Below are positions 62,647-64,000 of a stretch of 64,000 nucleotides of DNA, in pieces (position 1 is the first letter of the stretch; each line of letters opens with the position of its first letter). This DNA is from a virus. The stretch lies in the IMG/VR virus record IMGVR_UViG_3300022213_000237, positions 64,001-128,000 of that record, one strand, 5' to 3'. The notes beneath the pieces are model-generated. The model saw nothing but the letters and a program-made list of their open reading frames with translations, did not search any database and was not told where the DNA came from. The position numbers and the translations under genes are program-made.

Positions 62647-63519
62647 TTATTGTCCTATTGTGTGGGTTGGAGTTACGATATGTGTATCCGGATTTCGGAT
62701 CTCGGAATTAAAGTTTCTGAGACCCATTTCGCCGTGAGCTTGAGCTTGAGCAATCATCTCGTCGGGAGAAGGCATTGGTTTTGGTCCATTACGATCATAA
62801 GGATTAGGCGGTTCTCTAACTTGCCCCCTCTGAATCGAAACCGTACGCACTTCCCCATTAGAGAGGGTTACGTCCTTTAACTTTCCGGCAGGAGCTTGGT
62901 TTTGTGGCACGGCTGGTGTCGGAGCGTGTTGACGCTGCAGCGGCGCAGGCCTTACACTTTGTTCCGTCTGGGCAGCGGCTGCGCGCTGATGCTTGCCCGT
63001 ACCAGGGGGTCGACCTCGACCACGCTTGGGGGCAGCTAATTGGCCTAGCGGCTGTTGAACCGGGGCTACAGGTTTGGGGGCAGCCAGACGTGCGGGTTGT
63101 ACATCTGGTCGTGGTATAGAAGCAGGTTTACCTAGTAATTTGGCCGCGAATAGTTTGAGGACGCCCATTTCGTCGATATCAAACTTTGAACCCTTTGATC
63201 CCTGAGACTCGGTGTCGATACCCAGAAGAATGCGAAGACGTTCTTCAGCAAAGGTCTTGAATTCTTCTTCTACTGACAACGTTACCGGATCGTCACCCTC
63301 AAAGAGGGCACCCTGAATAATTTGCTCATAAAGCGCTGCCTTTGCGAAGCGAATGCGTGCTTCGGTCATGAGGTCGACTTCTTGTTGAACCTCTTCGGCG
63401 ACGCCACCGTCGCTCATAGCCTCAAAAGCGGCGTCTACGCGCTGCTGTTGAGTAAATTGCTGACTAAGTGATTCTATTCCTGTAGGGCTAACGGGGTACG
63501 CTTCTGGATCAAATGGCAT
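62647..63519 (-). CDS. Hypothetical protein with AT-hook-like motif
   Basis: PKRGRGRPPG within a Pro/Ala/Gln-rich linker. Confidence 0.7.
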   Translation of the reverse strand: MPFDPEAYPVSPTGIESLSQQFTQQQRVDAAFEAMSDGGVAEEVQQEVDLMTEARIRFAKAALYEQIIQGALFEGDDPVTLSVEEEFKTFAEERLRILLGIDTESQGSKGSKFDIDEMGVLKLFAAKLLGKPASIPRPDVQPARLAAPKPVAPVQQPLGQLAAPKRGRGRPPGTGKHQRAAAAQTEQSVRPAPLQRQHAPTPAVPQNQAPAGKLKDVTLSNGEVRTVSIQRGQVREPPNPYDRNGPKPMPSPDEMIAQAQAHGEMGLRNFNSEIRNPDTHIVTPTHTIGQ

Positions 63520-63542
63520 AACGACATTGTAGCCACTGGATC

Positions 63543-64000
63543 TTACTTAATTGGACACGCACCCGACTCACACTCTGATCCGTCAATGTCGACACCACCA
63601 GAGATATCGCCTTCTAGGTCTTTGACTTTAGAGCTTAGTGTCTCGTATTGCTCTCGAGATATAGCTTCTTTGGGAGCCTGGACAAATCCGTGGTCGTTGT
63701 GACACAAAAAGCTAATGGTTTTGATATATTGAAGATTATCTGCAAGCCATGACTTAAGTTGCGGAATCTCTTCTTTTTTGTAGTAAACGGTAACACTCAC
63801 GCTTTGGTCTGCCCAATGCTTTTGTGCAAACTTGACAGTATCTAACTGTTTCCACGTGTTCCAGTCTTCGTCGGCTACCGGGGCTCCATCTGGAGCTTGT
63901 TCGTAAAAATCTACGACGACAGTATTGTGGTCCAGGCTGCCATCAAAACGCACCACGGGTTCAATATGATGACCGGCAGCAAGCAATTGAGATACAATAG
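63543..64000 (-). CDS. nrdJ: Class II (B12-dependent) ribonucleotide reductase, C-terminal part (truncated by window)
   Basis: QKHWADQSVSVTVYY, KTISFL, FVQAPKEAISREQY, terminal CESGACPIK. Confidence 0.85.
   Translation of the reverse strand, partial: IVSQLLAAGHHIEPVVRFDGSLDHNTVVVDFYEQAPDGAPVADEDWNTWKQLDTVKFAQKHWADQSVSVTVYYKKEEIPQLKSWLADNLQYIKTISFLCHNDHGFVQAPKEAISREQYETLSSKVKDLEGDISGGVDIDGSECESGACPIK

Larger units (their letters stand above)
1..64000. mobile_element. Segment of a large myovirus-like bacteriophage genome
   Basis: Baseplate-J, gp25-like, tail fibre and endolysin genes plus phage-type replication genes (gp32-like SSB, UvsX/RecA, DnaB-like helicase, DnaE, NrdJ), dense short overlapping ORFs, no housekeeping operons. 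Confidence 0.95.

Noticed and set aside
1-64000. Stop-codon reassignment as seen in some large phages
   Set aside because: Conserved genes are full length under the standard code and end in TAA, TAG and TGA

Overview
64-kb segment of a large, probably jumbo-size, contractile-tailed dsDNA bacteriophage (standard genetic code; no rRNA, tRNA, CRISPR or reverse transcriptase seen). The minus strand carries dense early/accessory genes (1-24.7 kb, 39-45 kb) and a replication module (45.6-64 kb): intein-containing DnaB-like helicase, primase, RecA/UvsX, gp32-like SSB, DNA polymerase III alpha, metallophosphoesterase and the C-terminus of a class II ribonucleotide reductase. Plus-strand islands encode virion proteins (baseplate wedge/LysM/gp25 fusion, 1874-aa baseplate-J, beta-propeller and Kelch proteins, tube-like protein, Gly-rich fibre) and a GH108 endolysin. 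The strongest signal is a fractured dnaE: N-half ending in a 93-aa IntN, then a free-standing HNH endonuclease, then a C-half starting with a 36-aa IntC, at a site different from the cyanobacterial DnaE split. A second theme is a candidate two-tier transcription system: sigma70-like promoters producing leaderless early mRNAs, plus a TAATCT motif in front of structural/lysis genes, with an orphan sigma-region-2-like protein and a stand-alone region-4-like HTH as possible late factors. Repeat types and lipoproteins hint at a myxobacterial/deltaproteobacterial host (inference). All annotations come from motif recognition by eye, without database searches.
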